From positions 82,584,001 to 82,648,000 of the forward strand of contig OX597826.1 in assembly GCA_951406725.2 (NCBI GenBank): DNA of 64,000 bases, written 5' to 3'. Both the position numbers and the translations under genes were made by a program. A model generated the notes under the pieces. That model saw only the letters and a program-made list of their open reading frames with translations. It had not been told where the DNA came from and did not search any database. Positions 57,960-64,000 of the stretch are shown in pieces (position 1 is the stretch's first letter; every line of letters starts with the position of its first letter). The DNA is from Octopus vulgaris. Taxonomy: Eukaryota.

Positions 57960-58240
57960 TTACGCGATTTATGAGGGTTCGGCAATTTCTTGCCGAACAA
58001 CCACACAAATGGTTCGTTTATAGTGATCAAATGTTTGTGTAGACATAAGGTCACTCCCTCCATAACTTCGACATTACCTGTACAGGTGCACCATGTGCCA
58101 CATGTCAGATTACGAAATGATTGCCGAGTAACGTGAAATGAGGTGCTACGCTCAAGAACACAGCACAACGCCGGGTCTGGGAATCGAACCCACGATCCCG
58201 TAATCGTGAATGCAAAACACTAAACGGTAACCACTAAGCC
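57960..58240 (-). mobile_element. tRNA-derived SINE family C
   Basis: Minus strand tggcttagtggtta (A box) ... gggttcgattccc (B box) ... gtgttcttgagc..cacctcatttcac. Confidence 0.75.
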
Positions 58241-58485
58241 ATGTGACGTATGGCACAGTAGGAAGCGGGAATAAGCTAAATAAATGTTTTCCAGGGAATC
58301 TTGGATGGACGAATGGAGGGATGTAAAATGAGAGAGAATGAAAGATAAGTGTGAGTAAGAATTAGATTTCGGAAGAAAGAGTGAACGAAAGGAATATAGC
58401 AGTGAAGGAATTAAAACAGAGTTGTTATTCAATTTGGTTTAAGAAGGCCATTGAAATATTCAGCGAAAGAGAGAGAGAGAGAGAG

Positions 58486-58558
<73 letters not shown>

Positions 58559-58811
58559 TGTGAGAGAGAGGATAGGAAAATGTTTATTCTTAATTCTGTT
58601 AAACATTTATTTAAGCGGTTTGGTCGAATGCTTATTATGGAAAATCAGCCACAGAAATGAAGAGATATTCTATTAAATTTGCCATAAACACATGTAATTA
58701 ATGTAGATTTTGTTGTCAACTAAATCAACACTAGTGTATGGCTGGCTTCATGCATATGTGAAGTGAAAATGACAGCCAAGCAAAACAACATATATATTAC
58801 TCGCGCGCGCC

Positions 58812-58870
<59 letters not shown>

Positions 58871-58873
<3 letters not shown>

Positions 58874-60405
58874 GAAATCAGCTGCCCAGCTGATGTTAAC
58901 ATAAAGCTGAAGATCAGTGAAAAAGAGACCACCTATGCTGAACTATTGAGAAGTTTGCAGTTACTCTCTCCAGATTGCAAGTCCAGGTTTATACCTGTAA
59001 TTATTGGAACCCTGGGACATGTAACACGCTCCCTAGATAATAATCTTGAGAAATTAGGCTTCTCTAAACTAGAAAAGAGAAAGCTAGTTCGAAGACTACA
59101 GATCCAACTCATCATTGGAACTGTAAAAATCTGTAAAACTTACCAGAGATTTATCATTTAAATATATATGAGCATGTCTAGATATGCAACTATATGCATG
59201 AGAATACATACACAAAGCAAAACATACAAATCTGCCCATATATATACATACATACATACAAACATACATACATACATACATACATACATACATACATACA
59301 TACATACAAACATACATACATACATACATACATACATGCATACATGCATGCATACATACATACATACATACATACATACATACAAACATACATACATACA
59401 TACATACATACAAACATACATACATACATACATAGATACATAAACATACATACATACATACATACATACATACATACATACATACATACAAACATACATA
59501 CATACATACAAACATACATACATAAACATACATACATACATACATACATACATACATACATACATACATACATACATACATACATACAAACATACATACA
59601 TACATACAAACATACATACATACATACATACATACATACATACATACATACATACATACATACATACATACATAAACATACATACATACATACATACAAA
59701 CATACATACATACATACATACATACAAACAAACATACATACATACATACATACACACATACATACATACAAACATACATACATACACACATACATACATA
59801 CATACATACATACATACACACACACATACATACATACATACATACATACATACATACATACATACATACATACATACATACAAACATACATACATACATA
59901 CATACATACATACATACATACATACATACAAACATACATACATACATACAAACATACATACATACATACATACAAACATACATACATACATACATACATA
60001 CATACATACATACATACATACATACATACATACATACATACACACATACATACATACATACATACATACATACATACATACATACATACACACATACATA
60101 CATACATACATACATACATACATACATACATACATACATACATACATACATACATACATACATACATACATACATACATACATACATACACACATACATA
60201 CATACATACATACATACACACATACATACATACATACATACATACATACATACATACATACATACATACATACACACATACATACATACATACATACATA
60301 CATACATACATACATACATACATACATACATACATACATACATACATACAAACATACATACATACATACATACATACATACATACATACATACATACAAC
60401 ATACA

Positions 60406-60439
<34 letters not shown>

Positions 60440-60547
60440 CATACATACATACATACATACATACATACATACATACATACATACATACATACAAACATAC
60501 ATACATACATACATACATACATACATACATACATACATAAACATACA

Positions 60548-60581
<34 letters not shown>

Positions 60582-60643
60582 CATACATACATACATACAT
60601 ACATACATACATACATACATACATACAAACATACATACATACA

Positions 60644-60677
<34 letters not shown>

Positions 60678-61743
60678 CATACATACATACATACATACAT
60701 ACATACATACATACATACATACATACATACATACATACATACATACATACATACATACATACATACATACATACATACATACATACATACATACATACAT
60801 ACATACATACATACATACATACATACATACATACATACATACATACATACATACATACATACATACATACATACATACATACATACATACATACATACAT
60901 ACATACATACATACATACATACATACATACATACATACATACATACATACAAACATACATACAAACATACATACATACATACAAACATACATACATACAT
61001 ACATACATACATACATACAAACATACATACATACATACATACATACATACATACATACAAACATACATACATACATACATACATACATACATACATACAT
61101 ACATACATACATACAAACATACATACATACATACATACATACATACATACATACATACAAACATACATACATACATACATACAAACATACATACATACAA
61201 ACATACATACAAACATACATACATACATACATACATACATACATACAAACATACATACAAACATACATACATACATACATACATACACACACATACATAC
61301 ATACATACATACATACATACATACATACAAACATACATACAAACATACATACATACATACATACATACATACATACAAACATACATACAAACATACATAC
61401 ATACATACATACAAACATACATACATACATACATACATACATACATACAAACATACATACATACATACATACATACATACAAACATACATACATACATAC
61501 ATACATACATACATACATACAAACATACATACATACATACATACATACAAACATACATACAAACATACATACATACATACATACATACATACAAACATAC
61601 ATACATACATACATACATACATACATACATAAGACAATTCCCTGTTGTTGATGTGGAAATTCCAATAAAGGAACCTCGGAACTAGATTAGAAACCGGTTC
61701 TTTATCGGCAAGAAATCTTGAAATAAACTGAATAATGACATAC
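58871..61743 (+). mobile_element. 5'-truncated R4/Dong-type non-LTR retrotransposon (restriction-like endonuclease C-terminus + 3' UTR)
   Basis: VEISCPADVNIKLKISEKETTYAEL..RFIPVIIGTLG..LQIQLIIGTVKICK (58871-59161) fits the E..P......EK..KY..L..IPV.IG.LG..LQ....GT signature. Begins right after (CA)n. The 3' end at aataaactgaataatgacatac is inferred. Confidence 0.8.
59245..61630. repeat. About 2.4-kb (CATA)n array with CAAA/CACA variants
   Basis: Directly visible; source of the >800-aa YVCM ORFs. Confidence 0.98.
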
Positions 61744-62044
61744 CTGGTGGTTGTCTACTCCTTATGCAGAATTTGACCACCCCCTTTACCTACACCATAG
61801 AACCTTCATGGCATCTGATGTGGCTTTTTAAACCAGACAATGGTTGCTCTTGAGTGATGTTGGTAACATATAACCTGCCGCATGGTAGGGTTGTCGGCGA
61901 CTAAACTGGCAATCCTACCAGGCTTGCTTGGTGAGGCGGGTGCTGTTGGACACCCTGCGAGATAAAAAATAAAACCAGTTAAAGGGCGGAGGTACTCCTG
62001 AACGACCAACGGCCATCCTACAAAATAACATACCTACATACAAA

Positions 62045-62345
62045 CAAAGGATGAAAGGCAAAGTCGAACTCGGCGGAGTTTGAACTCAGAACGTAGCGGC
62101 AGACGAAATACTTATTTCTTTACTACACACAAGGGACTAAACACAGAGGGGACAAACAAGGACAGAAAAACAGATTAAGTTGATTACATCGACCCCAGTG
62201 CGTAACTGGTACTTAATTTATCGACCCCGAGAAGATAAAAAGTAAAGTCGACCTCGATGAAATTTGAACTCAGAACGTAACGGCAGATGAAATATGGCTA
62301 CGCATTTCGCCCGGTGCGCTAATGCTTCTGCCAGCTCGCCGCCTT
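62045..62345 (-). mobile_element. SINE family B with tandem re-iteration of its body
   Basis: Head at ~62345 (aaggcggcgagctggcagaa); segment 62238-62295 is repeated at 62055-62111. Confidence 0.85.
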
Positions 62346-62419
62346 GTAATTTACATTCTGACATGACAATCCCGTCGATGTTGTTTAATCAATAACTATA
62401 AAGCTGAAAGGCGAAAAAG

Positions 62420-62765
62420 TTGTTTGTCTCATTTTGGGATGGGAACGGTGGTCTAAATGGAGCTGGAAGGGGATTAAAATTTACAGGAGGGGGTAACTTG
62501 AGATGAGAAATTGACTGGGAGTGGTTGCTTTGCTGTGAAAACGGGGATTTTATTGATTTTTGGAGACATATGGGGTTCTAGAATGGACACCTTTTGCCCG
62601 ATTTTAATCAAATTTTCAACATGGTAAAGTAGAAGAGGATTTGTAATTTAAGCGCGGAAAATGGGTTCGAATTTTTGAAAATTAAGGCAAGATCTAAGAA
62701 AAAGAAAGGAAGCAACGGAAATCACACCCTCACCCGCGCGTAGAGCGGGTCACCTTAAGCTATTA
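62420..62765 (+). mobile_element. Possible non-autonomous Helitron-like element
   Basis: GC hairpin acccgcgcgtagagcgggt about 10 nt before ctatt (CTRR-like), and an internal ccgattttaatcaaatttt motif. Confidence 0.45.
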
Positions 62766-64000
62766 TGTGTGTGTGTGTGTGTGTGTGTGTGCATATAGTT
62801 TGCACATAGTCTGCTTTGCTTCGGTCCCCTTCTGTTAGGTTGCTGAATTTATTTGGTTGATGGCCGATGCTGCTGTGAGAAATTGATTCCTCATCACTTT
62901 TCTTAATCATTGCTGTGACTGGCTGTGTTTGGCTTCACTGAATATGATGGCGAAGTGAGATCGCTGGTCTCATGACTGCTTCTTGGATTGAAGACTAGCA
63001 TTTTGCATTTGACGATCCACCAGTTGAGCTCACTATTAACATAGGATTTGAGACTGTTGCTTTGGTTTTTCTGTTTAAATTTCTATACAGAATGATTTTG
63101 AGGTTTCGTCGCACATAAGTTAGATAGTCATCTTTACGATTTCGCCACTTTGTTCGACTCACAGTTCCGGTATTCCTTAGCTGTCTCGTGAAGGCGTGAG
63201 GACTAGTGTGTCTCAGGTGGTCGCACTCGATCCCATTTGCTTAAATTTTATGCATGCACTTTCCAATTAACTTGAAGCCAGCAAGGCGGAAATCGTCACC
63301 GATATTTTTGTCACTTCTGTATTTCTCATTCCTAAATACCAGGGAAAAATGCTGCGTAGGTGTTTGCTTATTATTTCGGTTTGGAAATGCTTTTAAATAT
63401 TTACACATCGAACTGTTTGATTTTCCTTTTCAAATGAAAGATATTTCACTTTAAAACTCTCTTGGCTCTTTTCATTTCGATTTTGGACAAAATGAGACCT
63501 TCCCTTGCAACTTCCATAAGACAGAGGTATGCTAGTTTCCTCTTCTCGCAAACCTTTGTAATTACTCCCAGAAAGCTGGCCCTAGTTTGGTGTAAAAAGC
63601 ATTATTTTGCATTTGATTTCTTTGGGAAATGTATCATGCCGAGGGTATTCCTTTTACACAATCCACGAGTTAATGTTTATTCTTGTTCGTGTTTTCGCCC
63701 GAAGCAATACGTGTTGTCATACTATTGTTGTTAATGTGATTGCTGTTGTGAATGATGATGATGATGATGATTGATGATGATGTTGCCGACACGATTTCTA
63801 CTTGCTTTAGTTGTGATGACTGTGTTTTTCTCTCTCTGAATATTTTCATTAGTCTTCTGTTTTTGTGAAAATATATTATTTTCAGATTTTCGATTTTCAT
63901 TTTAGTGGAGCACCATGACATGTTCACGATCTTTTAATGTTGGTGAGGTAAGAGAGACAAAAAAAATATTATCTAAATTAAAATTAAAATCTTATTTTGT

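Noticed and set aside
58170-58240. tRNA-like A and B boxes
   Set aside because: SINE head without a complete cloverleaf; not called as a tRNA gene.
59096-61665. ORFs of more than 800 aa (YVCM/HTYI repeats)
   Set aside because: Stop-free translations of (CATA)n, not genes. The same applies to the YI, HT, CV and LSIY ORFs elsewhere.
62860-63250. Possible decayed LINE RT on the minus strand (also a LINE-like 3' end at 46110-46320 and a UTR-like piece at 61745-62020)
   Set aside because: Motif similarity is too weak to support by eye.

Overview
AT-rich, microsatellite-dense animal genomic DNA, most likely intronic or intergenic. The tRNA-headed SINEs and repeat landscape look like Octopus (inference from recognition, no search run). 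No intact host protein-coding gene is supported, and nearly all long ORFs in the track are translated microsatellites. The window holds decayed Tc1/mariner transposons, an internally deleted RTE LINE, the 3' end of an R4/Dong-type restriction-like-endonuclease LINE with a 2.4-kb (CATA)n array, three SINE families, probable Helitron remnants, and many Penelope-like element (PLE) remnants from several clades. The PLEs show GIY-YIG fragments and tail-to-tail inverted pseudo-LTRs, often flanked by (TA)n. The most notable signal is a set of about 10 minimal type-I hammerhead-ribozyme (HHR) motifs inside these pseudo-LTRs, several sharing a non-canonical CCGAnGA core. There is also one candidate 18-nt microexon and one possible promoter/first-exon region. 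Coordinates were read by eye and boundaries of decayed elements are approximate.
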